DNA of 64,000 nucleotides, taken from contig NC_081359.1 in assembly GCF_030684315.1 (NCBI RefSeq), positions 41,054,470 through 41,118,469 of the forward strand, in the 5' to 3' direction. The position numbers and the translations under genes are program-made. This DNA comes from Stegostoma tigrinum (lineage: Eukaryota). Below, in pieces: positions 37,762 to 51,680 of the stretch; the first letter of the stretch is position 1, and each line of letters begins with the position of its first letter. A model generated the notes under the pieces. It made no database searches. It was not told the DNA's origin and worked only from the letters and a program-made list of their open reading frames with translations.

Positions 37762-38989
37762 AAACGTATTTAATTCATGTTTGGCGTGACAAATGTCATT
37801 GTGTTCTCCCAAATTGCTATGCCACCACACTAATCAATCATTCTCCTCTTGCTCTATAGCTCATGATCTGTGGATACCCCCGTGCAGTTGGTTGGGTTTT
37901 ATCCTGTACCAACTTTGGAATGACCATTGTTATACACCAAAATCTTCCTCTCTATTAGGTTTTTCAGACATGGTACTTTTGACACTTTGTATGCTGTATA
38001 TTTTCAGTGACTCATTTAGAACCTTCACACATTGTACGTAAATTGTCCAACTTTTATTGGGGGCCGTTGGGGGCGGGGGGGGGGGGGGGGAAAGAAGGTA
38101 TACTAGACCTAGTATTAGGGAATAAGCCCACTAGGTGACTGAAGTTTCAGTGTGGGAGCATTTCCGGAACAGTGACCATAATTCTGAGTGTTTTAAGTTA
38201 CAGAGAGGAAAAAAAAAAGAGTCCTTGGGTGAAAGTATTAGACTGAGGAAAAGGCTAACTAGCACATTAATAGGCAGGAACTGGGGAACATAAAGTTGAG
38301 AAAGCAGTTTAGAGGATAGATCCACATCTGGCAACGTGGGAATCTTTTAAAAGGCCAGTTGATTAGCATGCTGGGTAAGCATATTCCTGTGAAAATGAAG
38401 GATAAGGACAGCAATATTCAGGAACCTTAGATGACAAGAAATTGACAGCTTTGTCTGGGGGGGGGGGAAGGAGGCACTGAGGTTTTAGGAAACTGAAAAC
38501 AAAAAAATTGGAAGATACAAAGAAAAGACTCAAAACAAGGAATTAGAAGGACTCAAGTGGCCATGGGTGCCTGCATATGCACTGAAGAGAAACACGCAGC
38601 CTTGGGGACAAATACACTTTTTAACCCCGATGCATTGTTACAGTCTTTTATTTATATCTGTATATAGTACTTTACCAACAGCTCTAAAAAAGGTTCAACA
38701 CATTGCCCCATGCTCATTCTAGATTGCTCTCTTCTCTTACTAATGCCAGTGACGTGTGATCAGTTGCATGACTTACATGAATCTCATCATGCTACAGAAA
38801 CTTAAAAGTGCCTTTTGGTAACCCAAATATACCATATCCAATTTAACCTGAGAAACAAATGCTCTTTCATCAAAAAATTATTAAACAATGATTTTTTTTC
38901 CTTCTGTAAGGCAATGTTGACTCTGCCTGTTAAGTATTGTTACAATCTACTCAAAACTGGAATCCAACCACTACTTGGGAGGTATAACA

Positions 38990-39290
38990 GCAATAACAAA
39001 AACATGACTGCTCTATGTAGGTCAGACGCAAAGTCAAGAAGGCACAATACCCTTTCTTCCTCAGGAAGCTGCAGAAATTCAGCACAAGGGCCCTCACCAA
39101 CTTTTAAGAGATACACCATAGAAAGCATTCTATCCAGGTGCATAACAGCCTGGTATGGCAATTGCTTCACCCAGGGCCATAAATTACAGGAAGTCAAGTG
39201 CACAGCTCAGAGGCCAGCCTCCCATCCTTGGACTTCACTGACGCTGCTCATTGGCAGCCTTTCTGCAATAAAGGCCCCTCTCAGCCCAGT
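38990..39290 (+). mobile_element. Rex1/Babar LINE fragment
   Basis: RYTIESILSRCITAWYGNC motif in ORF 38815-39360, typical of Rex1 RT C-termini. Confidence 0.85.
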
Positions 39291-42200
39291 ATCACTTTAC
39301 CAACCTGTTCATCCAGCTCTACACCTTGTTATCTGTAACATTCTGGGGACCTGGGTTTGAATCCCACCACAGTGGTTGGTGGCCTTTGAATTCAATTAAA
39401 ATATCTGAAATTGAGAGTCTAATGATGACCATGAATCCATTGATGGTCAGGAAAAACCCATCTGGTTCACTGTCCTTCAGTGAAAGTAACTGCCACCCTT
39501 ACCTACATGTGACTCCAATCCACAGCAGTGGTGGTGAGTCTGGACTACCCCCAGGGCAATTAAGGATGAACAATAAATGCTGCCCACTCAGCAATGTTAA
39601 TGAGTCAGAAAAAAGGCATGAGACAGAGGCTTGAACACATGTACCAAAGAACAGCCTCTTAAAATTGTTGAATGGGCCTCTAACTTCAAATAATAGATCT
39701 TGCCTTGCATACCCTTTCGTGGAGTTGTAACCTTGTATGCCTTGCTCCAAGTGCCTAATGATCTGTACGCTCTTGTTTGCAATGGACATACCTGCACTGC
39801 TTGCAGAACAAACTTCACAGTACTTAATCACGTGACCACAATAAAATAGAAAGAAAATCAAATGCAAAGACGGTTGCTGGGGACATGACTCCAGGATCCC
39901 AAAGCCCAGCTGAATAACTAGATCATTTGTCTTCATGTCATCTTATCAAGGAGTAGCACGTACATGGAAATGAAGATGCACAATTGCTTGGGTCCTCAGA
40001 AGCAAAATGGCATAGGGTCAGAAGTTATTGAAAATTCCTAAATGTCTTGTTTACAGGCCAATTCACCATGCAAACTAGCCATAAAAGTTCAAGTCACCAC
40101 TTGCTCCAAAAGACCAATCTTGCCCACAAACTGGAGACCTGGGTCTGATTATTCAGCACCAGTTGGATATCACCTTCCAACACGAACATTGGCACTTTCA
40201 GGGAGTCATTGTTGCAATCTGGGTATTCTCCAATGCACTGGCATTAGTCTGCCAAGTCTAACAGAGCAAACCAGCAAGCAGTAATATTGCTGTGAGCAAG
40301 ATGTGCAACATGTCTGAACATTGCAGTGACCAAGTGTTTAAACATTGGATTTTCACAAAAGCAGATCTGGAAGCAGAAAATTCTGCCCATTTCCACTGTC
40401 AAGCCCCCCCCTTTAGAGTCTTGCATGTTTCAATCAAGTCACCTCACTCTTCAAGTCTAGACTGTTGAATCTTTCAACACAACAGATCAATCATTCTGGT
40501 AAACCATTCTGAACTGTTTACAAACACACTTCTATCCTTTAAGGAAAGAGATCAATACTATACACAGTATTCCAGATATGGTGTGATCATTGTTCTAACC
40601 AAATGATAGATAACCGTTTCTGCATTCAATTTCACTCAGAGCAACATTTTTTTTCAACACTAATTACTTATTGTACCTGCATACTAACCTTGCATGATTC
40701 ATGTACTGGGGTACCCAGCTATCAAACCTCTGCAATTTTTCACCAATTAACATTAATCGTTTATGCTTGCTGCCAATAGAAAATTATGTACTACTTTTCT
40801 TTCCATTCACCTGATCTATCTTCTTTTACAGCCTCCTTATATTGTCTTCAAGATTTACCCATCTTTGTGGTATTAGTAAATGCCTTTGGTTCATTTATCC
40901 GAGACATTCATACAAGTTGTCAAATGTTGGATGCCCTGGTACTGATGCCTGTGGTAGACCACTCCTTAATCCCTTCCTGGTTGGTAAGACCTAATGATCA
41001 TTGGCATAAATTCACTATTAGTGAGCCAATGTTATCATAAAGATAACCTTCTCTGTCAAGCTAGATCAACACTGGTTTAAAACAAAAAAAAGTGCTGGCA
41101 GAGGTGCCATGACATCCAAGTTTAGCTAAAAATTGATATATTAACATGAAGGGACAACACTGCACACTACTTGTGTGCAAACAGGAACAGCATGTAAAAA
41201 AGATATAAGCCATGTAAGCAATCCAGAACTGATGGATCCAAAGTCAAGACCATCCCAAACTCAATCTGTAGTATGCAGACTACCGTTGCACATGCATACA
41301 CAGAAGCTAAATTTCCAAAATGTTAATGTATGACAGGAGTATGAGAAAATAGGCCTTAGACAAAATCTGAAAGACTGCCTCAAAACCATCGTGAAATATT
41401 GCAATATCCCCATTGGTTCGAGAGATTATTTTACCATGCAAGCTATAGATAAGCATACAAAGTGACAAACCATTTTGAACATGACAGGCCCACTGGGGTG
41501 CTCCAAGTGGAAGTGGCATTAGAATGCCAAAAGTAAAATACCTCTTCTTCTACAGCTATCTGCCCCACCCATAGCAGGGTGCAAGGCTCCAGCAGTGGAC
41601 TGTTGTTACCACAGGGTCCACTAGAGGAAGAAACTCAACTAAGAAACATCAGGTTTAAGAACTCTGCAGCCCTTCTCTTTGGTCATGAATGGTAGTGGGC
41701 AATTAACAGAAGGAAACAGCATGAAAATCCCTATACTATCACTGTAGCCCAGTAGACCAGTGCAAAAGATACAGCTGAATAATTTGCACCATTTTAATGG
41801 AGACATGCCAAATGGATTATCCACTTAATCACCTCTTAAAAAAGGTGATGAGCATCACAGATGTCAGCCAATTCAGTTCACTCAGGTCAGGAGCTGAGGC
41901 ATCCTGGCAGAATCAGAACTCAATGATCAGACTATTCATGAGAAAGTCTCATTGATAGACAATTATATCCGAAGAAACAACTGAAAGTGCAGGATATTGA
42001 GCACACTGTGCTTTGCTAGTATTCCAACAACAGTGCTGAAAGTTTGTGCTACAATATGAGCAGCAGTCAACTTGTTCCAGTCACAAAACTGACATTTTTA
42101 GAAAGTGTGGAAAACATGTCCAGGAGGAACACCATCTGCATGAAACAATTCTAGCTAATTATACCTGCCAATTTGCTTTACAATCAATCAGTGCTGGAAC

Positions 42201-42596
42201 TGGTTACAGACAGTACTTTAAAGTAGCACAGATGACAAATCAATTCTGTCAGCATCTCAGCCCCTGGCCTAATTACAATCAAACAAGAGTTAAACTCAAG
42301 GTGGTGGACAGGGTAACTGTATCAAAACTCAAATTAAAATATGACATCAAGAACCCCTAGAAAACTTGGACCCAATGGAGGTAAGCTCTCCAATGATTAG
42401 TTAAACCTTGTACAAAAGGCAGGGTATAGTTGAAGGTCAGTCAATTCAGCTCCAGATCATTGGCACAGCATCTTTGATTCAACCATCTTCAGCTGTTTAA
42501 TCAGCCACCCTCCATAAAAGTTAGAAGTTAGAGATGCTTGCTGATAATTGCATGTGCTTCTCAGATGCCAGAGCAGTGCATGCCTAAAAATGTACT

Positions 42597-43265
42597 ACTT
42601 TCAGCCCAATTCTGCAATTTATCCAAGCCTCCCTGCAACATTCTTCTTCCACACTGTCCACCACTCCAACTTTAGTGTCATCTGCAAACATACTAACCCA
42701 TCCACCTATACCTGCCTCCATGTCATTTTTATAAATGACGAACAGCAGCGGTTCCAAAACGGACCCTTGTGGCACACCACTAGCAACCAGACTCCAGGCT
42801 GAATATTTTCCATCAACCACCACTCGTTGCCTTCTTACAGAAAGCCAGATTCTAAATCAAAACTGCTAAATCTCCCTCAATCCCATATCTCTATTTTCTC
42901 CAATAGTCTACCATGTGGAACCTTATCAAAGGCTTTACTGAAGTCCATGTACACCACATCAACTGCCTTACCCTCATCCACATATTTGGTCACCTTCTCA
43001 AAAAAAACTCAGGTTTGAGACACACGACCGGCCCTTGACGAATCCATGTTGACCATCTCCAATCAAGTTGTTGCTTGCTAGATGATTATAAATCCCATTA
43101 TAATCCTTTCCAATAATAAAAAATTCCTGTAACAGACATAAGGCTCACTGGTCTATAAGTTAGATGGGTCATCTCTACTGCCCTTCTTGAGCAAGGGCAC
43201 AAGATGTGCAATCCTCCAGATCCTCTGGAACTAATCCTGTGGACAATGATGACTCAAAGATCAAG
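42597..43265 (-). mobile_element. CR1-type LINE RT fragment
   Basis: VASGVPQGSVLEPLLFVIY...SMFADDTKVG in ORF 42584-42823. Confidence 0.92.
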
Positions 43266-43714
43266 TTAATGCCACAACCTATGTACTGGCACTATTCAGA
43301 CATACAGCTTAGAAAACATTGTTTGGGATACATGCACATTAGTCAAGGCACAAAAACAGTTGGACTGGAATCTATAAACTGTTGAGAACACAACCAAAGT
43401 ACTGCATGCAATTCTGGTCACCAAATCAGAGGAGAAACATGACTGCACTAGACGGGTGGGGGGGGGGGGGTGCAGCAGATTGCTTTGTAAACAAAAGAGT
43501 CTGATCTGTCATGAAGCATTGACTAGGAGGAGGCTGTTTTCCTTGGAAAAAAGTGAAGTCAACAGGGGACCTGATAAAATGATAAGATTGAGGAATATGG
43601 ATAGAGTAGACTTGAGAAAAAAAAAGTTGAGCACTGAGAAAGTGCTTTAGGAGGTAGAGGAAGACTGGAATTCACTGCCTGAAAAGTTCATTAAGACAAT
43701 GTCAGATGTAAATA

Positions 43715-46700
43715 ATGGAAACAGACCCTTCCATCCAATTTGTCCGTGCTGACCAGTTATTTTAATGCTAGCCCCATTTGACAGCATTCAACCCACATGC
43801 TCTAAACCCTTTTGTTCATATACACATGCAGGTACCATTTAAAGTATAGGAAATGGAGACTGGTACAATTACAAACAGCTCATTCCATACACATCACCCG
43901 CATTCTTTCACCTTCAAGTTTCAGACTACCCCCAACCCCAAGGTAAAACCTTGTCTATTTACTCTATCCATGCCCCTCAGGTATACAAAATCATGAGATC
44001 ACCTCTCAGCTTCTCCCTGTAATTCAAACTCTCCAACCCTCATCCTCAAATTTTGAGCCCCCGACAGTATCCTATAGCAGGGTTACAAGAACCACATGCC
44101 ATATTCCAAGAAGTGGCCTAACCAATATCCTATCTACAACATGATCTCCCAATTCTCATCTTTTTATTTCTCTTATTCATTCATGGGAAGAGGGTGTCAC
44201 TAGCAAAGCAGCATTTTCTGCCCATCCCTAGTTGCCCAGAGGGCAGTTCAGTCAGCCACATTACTGTGGGTCTGGAGAAACATATCAGCCAGACCAGGCA
44301 AGGATGGCAATTTTTGTTCTTAAAGGACAGCAGGGAACCAGATGGTTTTTTTCTAAAAATCAGTAATGGATTTGTGCTCATCATTACATTCTTAATTCAA
44401 GATATTTATTGAATTCAAATTCTATCTGCCATGGTGGGATTCAATCCCAAATCCCCAGAACAGTCTGCATCTCCACATTAACAGTCCAGCGATAATATAC
44501 TAGACCATCACCTTCCTGTACTCTAAATGCAGACCAATGAAGGCAAGTAAACCAAAGCACCTTCATTATCCCATCTATCTGCAACTCCACTCAAAAAACT
44601 ACGAATGCACACTCCAAGGTTCTGTTCAACTACATGCCGAGAGCTTTACCATTATAGTGTACAAGTCCTGCCTTGAGCTGCCTTTCCAAAATGCAGCACA
44701 TTTATCCAAATTCCAACTGCCACTTCTCAGCTGTGGACCCATCTGATAGAGGTCCAACTGTACTGAGGTAACCTCCACTGTCCACTATACCTTCAATGAG
44801 TCACCTGCAATCTTACTAATGATAGTTGTATTCACAGCCAAATGATTTATGTGATGAAAAGCAGTGGACCTGGCACCAATCCTTGTGGCACATTGTTGGT
44901 CACAGACCTCCAGTCTGAAAAGCAACCGTCCACCACCACCCTGTTTTCTGCTCTCAAGCCAGTTCTGTAACCAAGTGGCTGGCTCTCTCTGTATTCCATG
45001 TGATCCGTCAAATGCCTTATCGAAGTCCGTACAGATCATGTTCAATCTGTCCTCATTTCAAGATTTAAAAAAACCAAAATCAAGTTAGTGGGACATTACT
45101 TCCCACACACAGCCATGTTGACTATCACTAATCAGTCCATGCCTTTCCAAGTAGGTTTAAATCCTATTCTTCAGGATTCCTTACAACTTCTGTACAAATG
45201 TCAGTCTTTCCAGCCTAAAGTTACCAGTCTTTTCCCTTACCACCTTTCTTAGTTGCACTATATCAGACAACTTCCAGTCTTCTAGCATGTCACCTGTGGC
45301 TATTAATTGTACAAGTATCTCAGTTTGGGTTCAGCAATCACTTCCTAGCTTCCCAAAGTTCTAGGGTACACCTATTCAAGTCCCAGGCACTTATCCACCT
45401 TTAGACATTAAGCTGTCCAGCACCACTTGTGATGGAAATTTTTCCAAGACGTCACTCAATGTTCTTTACCTTGCACATTATTCTCCTCAAACACTGGTGC
45501 AAAAATACTTCACTATCTCCCCAGTTCCTGCTACTCCACACACAGGAAGCCTTGCTGACCTTTAAGAAGCCATATTCTCCCCCAGTTACCTTTTTAATCC
45601 TTAATCTATTTGTCAAATCCCTAAACAGAATTTGCTAACCATAATTTCCCCTCACATGCATACTCCTACCACCTTTTCTCTTCTAGGGATGCACCCTATC
45701 TCTGCTATCTAGTCAAGTTTCTATTTCTCTCGTCATCTACCATTTCCTACACCTACCAGCCTTGCCTTTACCTGAATGGGAACATACTGTCTCTGAACTC
45801 GTTATTTTTGAAACCTTGCCACTTTCCAGCTGTCCCTTACCTACAAATATCTGCATGCAAATCAGTTTTTGAAAGTTTTTTGCCCAATGCTATCAGAAGT
45901 AGGCCTTCCTCCAGTTGAGAAGCTTAAGATCTTATCTATCCTTTTCCATCATTTTTTTTTTAAACACTAACAATGGTGGTTACTGGCTCCAAAAGTGCTA
46001 CCCCATTGACATCTCACACTTGTCCTGCGTTATTTCCCCACACGTAGGTCAACCTAAAGTTTTGCAACTTCTTTAGTGGGTACAATCACAAAAATTTCTA
46101 GTACACATTAAAATTCCTCTCCATCCAAGTCCTTAATATTTGCTAAGTTAAAATCCTGTACCATAACAAAGCTATCATTCTTACCAGGTAAGAGATCTCC
46201 GTACAAATTCATTTCTCAATTTCCTGCTATGGGGGTGACCATCCTCCCCACATACAGCTGTTGTTATCCCTAATCAAAAAATGCCACTCTACCCCTCATG
46301 CTCCCCTTTCTATTCTTCCCAGTGCTACTATATAGAAGAGCACCAAGTTGCCAGTTCTGTCCATCCCTGAGCCACATTTCTAACTATTGTAATGTCCCAG
46401 TCCCACATTTCCACACATGCTCAGGAGTTCATCTGCCTTAACTGCTGGGCCTCTTGTTCTGAAATAAATGCAGTTTAATATTGGTCCTACCTCATTTTAC
46501 TTTGTTCATGCCTGCTCTGTTCCTCGTCCGATAGTGAGGAAAGAGACGATAGTCTCCAGACTATCTCCACAGGTCCCACTGAACCCCCTTACTTATTTAA
46601 ATCCTCCATTGCCATTCCAGCAAATCTCCCAACTAGTATATAGTTCCCTACTGCTTAAAGTGCAACTTGTCCTCCTCATGCAGGTCACTCCTACCCCAGA

Positions 46701-46830
46701 AGAGATTACAAAGATCAAAAAAAAAAGTAACGTGAATCCTTCTCCCTTGCACCAGATCTTCAGCCACTATATCCTCCAATTCCTATCCTAAAACTCATGG
46801 CACTGGGAGTAATGTGGATACTACCACCCT
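43715..46830 (-). mobile_element. Long decayed CR1-type LINE (endonuclease, RT, 3' UTR) with a nested SINE
   Basis: DFDKAFD...WLQNWL in ORF 44785-45045; 3' UTR near 43715-43900; SINE at 44170-44515. Boundaries approximate. Confidence 0.75.
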
Positions 46831-49800
46831 CACATGTAAATGTTTCAGGAATCTGACAGTTGATATTCATTTCTGCTATGGGCAAAAGGCCAAAAGAAAG
46901 AAAACAGGAGAACTGTAGTCAAATCTTCCTTGACTGGCATAGGCAGATTAATCTGGTTGTATGTTGTGAATAGTTAGGAATCAAAAGTATAACCATTTTT
47001 GTTTGAAAGGGAGCGAGGGCACGAGAGTGAAAAAAGGCAAACAATTACTTGAGTGTAACCAACGTCCTGTTGCTATTGCTTTTGGCCCAAGATAATCCTT
47101 ATACTGGAACACTAATCCTGCACTGGCTGTGTGTGGTCTTTGCAGAGGCATCACTGGTGGTATTTTCCTTCGAATTAGAGTTGTCAGCTGCAAATTATCC
47201 ATTTTTTTGGAGCATGCAGACAGGTAGCTAACTGTTGCTCTTGACCTTCTGCTTGCTTTGAAGTCTGTCACCAACTATCTGGGTTACTAACATGGTCAAA
47301 TGCTGTGTACCCCATGACATCTGCCCTCATTCAAAGAAGTCTTTCCAAGTTTTGAGAACTGATCCACATTGTTTAGTGGCTTGCCATGGTTCTCATTCCT
47401 GTCATGCAAGAGTGAGGAACCTTGGTCTTCTAGATACAAGCAAAAAAAAGGACACTAAGCATGAAATAAAAAAGCAGAAAAAAGTTATATCACACTTGAA
47501 ATGTTCTAACAGATAAGGCCAGACTCATTTAGTGTCTCCAGCCTGGACAGCACACAAGAAATCCTCCAGATCTACATACCCAGCAAATACCTACACAAAT
47601 CGTCCAGACCAACAGGGCAGAGCATGTTCCATCCACAACTGCAGAGACCGAATACACTTCCATTTGAGGAAGGAGAGAGAAATAACTTACTAAGAGCACA
47701 CCACGATTCTAGGTGACATTATTGTCAATTACATTGTATTTTGCATTGTTAGAAGTAGTGTCTGCTTTCATCCTTTTTACTCTTCAGACATAATGCAGAA
47801 AATTGAAATTACGAAGCAGTTCTCAGCCAAAAAAAAATTCCTTGACTGAAATTGTCACAGTTCATGGCATCAAAGGCTGAGACTCCAGTCAAGAGTTATA
47901 TTTTAATGTCAAAATTGAGACTAAATGCAATGTGCTAGGGCCTGGTCTGCTGCAAAACCTGTTTTAATACTGTATGCTCCTAAGAAACATGAGCTACAGT
48001 ATGCTTTAGTTAAAAGCCATCCTGCCATCTTTACTGATTTTATGCAGATATTCTCCCCAGTCTCCAAAGCAATTTTATGGTCACTCAATTCTCTTTGCAA
48101 AGCAACATATTCCCTCATACCTCTCTATACTGAGCTTCAGTGGCCACTTGTATGTTAATATTATTTTGAAGTTCTATACTGGAATATTGTGCACTGAGAT
48201 ACATGTGTTCACAAACTTTAAAAATTGTCCCCTGCAAAAAATTTCAACTATTTGCGAGAAGCAAGGGTCTCACGGCTGACTCCTGGGGAACTTTACTGCA
48301 GTTTTCTTCTAGCTCAAAAAATGGTCCATTACTACTCAGATTTGTGAATTTATATGTACATTGTTACCTTAGTCCAGTATCCCAAATTGCCCCTCAACTA
48401 ATCCAGGTTAGCTTTTCAGCATTAACTCAATTCTAAAATGTATCTCTCCTCCCCACATTCCTCTTGCCCCATGGCCACAATATGGTTATTACACCTAACC
48501 TGAATAATTGGACTGGATTGGCCGACTGGTGGTGACAATCACTGTCAAACCATAAGCCCTTTTCACAGTAGCTCCCCTGTCTAAGGTTTAAGTGTCTAGC
48601 AGAAAAGATGGCCACTCCAGCAGCTCTATGGAAGGAGTGTAAGGCAAGAGTGCAGTTGGATGCCAGTTACCATACAAAGTGGTAGACTGATAAGGTGCCA
48701 GTTAAGTGATGGAATGTTAGGTGAGCAGGGAATGAAGGAGAGCCATGTTTGACAGTTAGGTGATTGCATGGCAAGGAAAAATATGTGGGTGTTTGACTCC
48801 CTTAGAGGTGGGGGTGAGCAGGGGTGCTGCCAAGAGAAAAAGGGGTTGTTGAGTCCAGAAGCATGGCAGCAATGTGTATTCAGTCCTACAGCAGAAGAAG
48901 TGCATCAGCAGCAGGGCAAGTGGGTGAAGTTAGAAAATAGGGGAGTAGGGTGTAAAAGGGCTGGGGAAGGTTTAGTTAGGAGCTAAATATTAAGTTGCAA
49001 CATCATTTCCCCCCCCCAGTTTTCCAATATTAAGGCTAACTTTAGTTTAATTGTACCTGAATCCTTTCAAGGTTACCAAGCACTGGGGAATCATCCCCAG
49101 CAATCTGAAGAGTCCCATTAGTGTCTACTCAGCATTTCTGCACAGCCCTGATACACAATTACAACACAGGCTGCAGAAAAATGACTAGCTGGCCGTTAAT
49201 CTGCCTTGTCTGTGATTGCTGGGTTTAACTTGGCAAAGACGTTTGAATAAAGGGCATAATTTCAGAATTTTCCAGTACTTCAGTACCACCCAAGTCACAG
49301 GAAGGTTGAAAGATAGGGCCTACATGTGACTCCAGAACTATAGCAATGTGATTTACTTAGCTGCCCCCTGAGCAGGAGGGATGGTCAGTGAATGCTGCCT
49401 GGCCAGCAATGTCCTCATCCTGCAAAGGAATTAAAAAAGGGGCCTGGAGCATCCATTGGTCATTTTTGGACACAACAAGAGCAGGTGTAAGTTGCTGCAG
49501 GGCAGATGCTGGATTGGGACCAAAACAGAATACTACTACTTTTGTTGGATAGGATACATACCAAGAAAACTTCCTGAACAATTTAGTACTTATCCCTACC
49601 TGCCCTTTATACTATCACCATTGTGGTCTGTTAAAGTGTCCAGGAATTTAAAACCTTCACTCTTAATCCATCTTTCCAACCAGGCATTCATCTGGCACAC
49701 TCTTCCTTTTCTGTATTATTTGCACAAGGTAATGGAAGTAATCCAGAGATTTCTATTCAAAAAAGGTCCTGCTGGCACTACCAAACTCCCTAAATTATGC

Positions 49801-49985
49801 TTGAGGTTCTTGATTCCACTGTGGATGGCACATTTTGTTCACCCTCCCTTGTACAAATGGCACCAGGGAGTAACACCATTCTGGTGGCACATCACTGGCC
49901 ATTGAAATGCTTGCCTCCTCCCCTCAATATACAAGACTGCCTCCAACATAACTGTTCCCACACTCGTGTCCCTGTGTTGTACAGC

Positions 49986-50438
49986 CACGATGTGGAGATG
50001 CTGGTGTCACACTGGGGTGAACAGTCAGAAATCACGACACTAGATTATAATCCGACAGGTTTGAAATCGCAAGCTTTCAGAGTGCTCTGCCCTCACCTGA
50101 TGACTGTTGGGACTATAATCTGGGGTTGTGAGGCTTTAGATTAGATTCCCTACAGTGTGAACACAGGCCCTTCGGCCCAACGAGTCCACAGCACCCCTTG
50201 AAGCATCCCACCCAGACCAATTCCCCCTATAACCCATACACCCCTGAACACTATGGGCAATTTAGCATGGCCAATCCACCTAGTCTGCACATCTTTGGAC
50301 TGTGGGAGGAAACCAGAGCACCCGGAGGAAACTCACGCAGACGTGGGGAGAATGTGCAACCTCCACAGTCACCCAAGGCTGGAACTGAACTCGGGTCCCT
50401 GGCACTGTGAGGCTGCAGTGCTAACCACTCTGCCGCCC
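49986..50438. mobile_element. Partial fold-back Penelope-derived element (49986-50131) abutting an HE1-like SINE (50136-50438, -)
   Basis: Similar to 3872-4069 with CACCTGATGA at the centre; SINE with TTAGATTAGATT tail. Confidence 0.85.
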
Positions 50439-50674
50439 AAAATTTTAATCTTGTACAGCTAAGTGACCAAGGGTGCAAAAGGCTTAGCTCTTGTTGCATC
50501 CCTTCAGAGATCCATTAGCCTCACCAGCGTGGGTGGAATTGGTTAGAGAGTAGGACCTCTGTCTCTGCATCCATCCTTAGTCAACGTCTCCTTTCACTGT
50601 AATCAATCTCTTCAGCAATGAAAGTGATCTTCAAACTATTTGCCCAGGACTCAGTAGTTATCATTGAATAAAAC

Positions 50675-51680
50675 AGCATAGAAACAGACCCTACAGCCCA
50701 ACCTGGTCCATGCTGACTACGGTGCCCACTCGGCCAGTTTCAGCTTCCAACATTTGGTCCTTATCCCTCTAAGCCCTACCCAGCCATGTCCCTGTCTAAT
50801 TTTTTTTTGGAAACATATCGCTATTGTACCTGCTTCAAGCACTTCCTTTGGCAGCCCATTCTATTCACAGGCATGAAGCGGACCTTCAGGTAATTCTTAC
50901 ATCTTTCCCCTCTCACCTTAAGCCTATGCCCCATTTTCAATTCCCCATCCCCCAGAAAGAAACTACTGCATTCATCCTATATGTCCCTCATGATTTTATA
51001 AACCTCAATAAGGTCACCCCTCATTCTCCTACATTCCAAGAAGGAAAATCATATCCCGGCCACATAAATCTTCTTTGCACACTTTCCAGTTTAATTGCCT
51101 TTCCTATAACAGGTTGACCAAAACTGTACACGGAATATTCTAAAGTGTGGCCTCACCAATGGCTTATACAACTGTAACGTGTCCCAATTCTAATACTCAA
51201 TGCCGTGACCACTGAAGGCCAGCGAGCTAAATGCCTTAATGACCTTAATTTGTTGAAATTAGTGTTTTCAGGTAGACTGTGTACTTGTATTCTTAGATCT
51301 GTTTTACAACACTGTCCAGGATCTTACCAGTTACTGTACAAGTCCTACCTTGATTTAAGTTTCCAAATGTTTCAAATACAGAAGTGCGGTGTTTGCATTG
51401 CCAACCCTCAGTCCACTTCCCTATCTGATAACTAATTTTTGATGACCTTCCTCACCAATGATGTTTCCTAATTTTGTGTTATCTACAAACTTACTAGTCA
51501 TGCTTTGTGTGTTCACATCCAGATCATGTAAATAGCAAAAGGTGCCAGCACCAAACCCTCTGGCACACCACTATCACAAGCATCTAGTCAGAAAAACAAC
51601 TTTCAACCATTACCCTCTGCTTCCTACCAGAGTCAATTTTGAATTGACCTAGCTAGCTCACCCTGGACTCCCATTTTCAC
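50675..51680 (-). mobile_element. Decayed CR1-type LINE 3' region (further pieces ~52150-52870, ~53390-53900)
   Basis: 3' UTR and RT motifs parallel to 43715-45000. Confidence 0.7.

Noticed and set aside
38070-38090. Long G/C homopolymers (also 31840, 38456, 43458, 54796, 57905)
   Set aside because: Common simple repeats with unreliable length; no associated structure.
39499-39936. 145-aa minus-strand ORF
   Set aside because: Runs into a SINE at its 3' end and has no recognisable domain; an internal exon cannot be excluded without RNA data.
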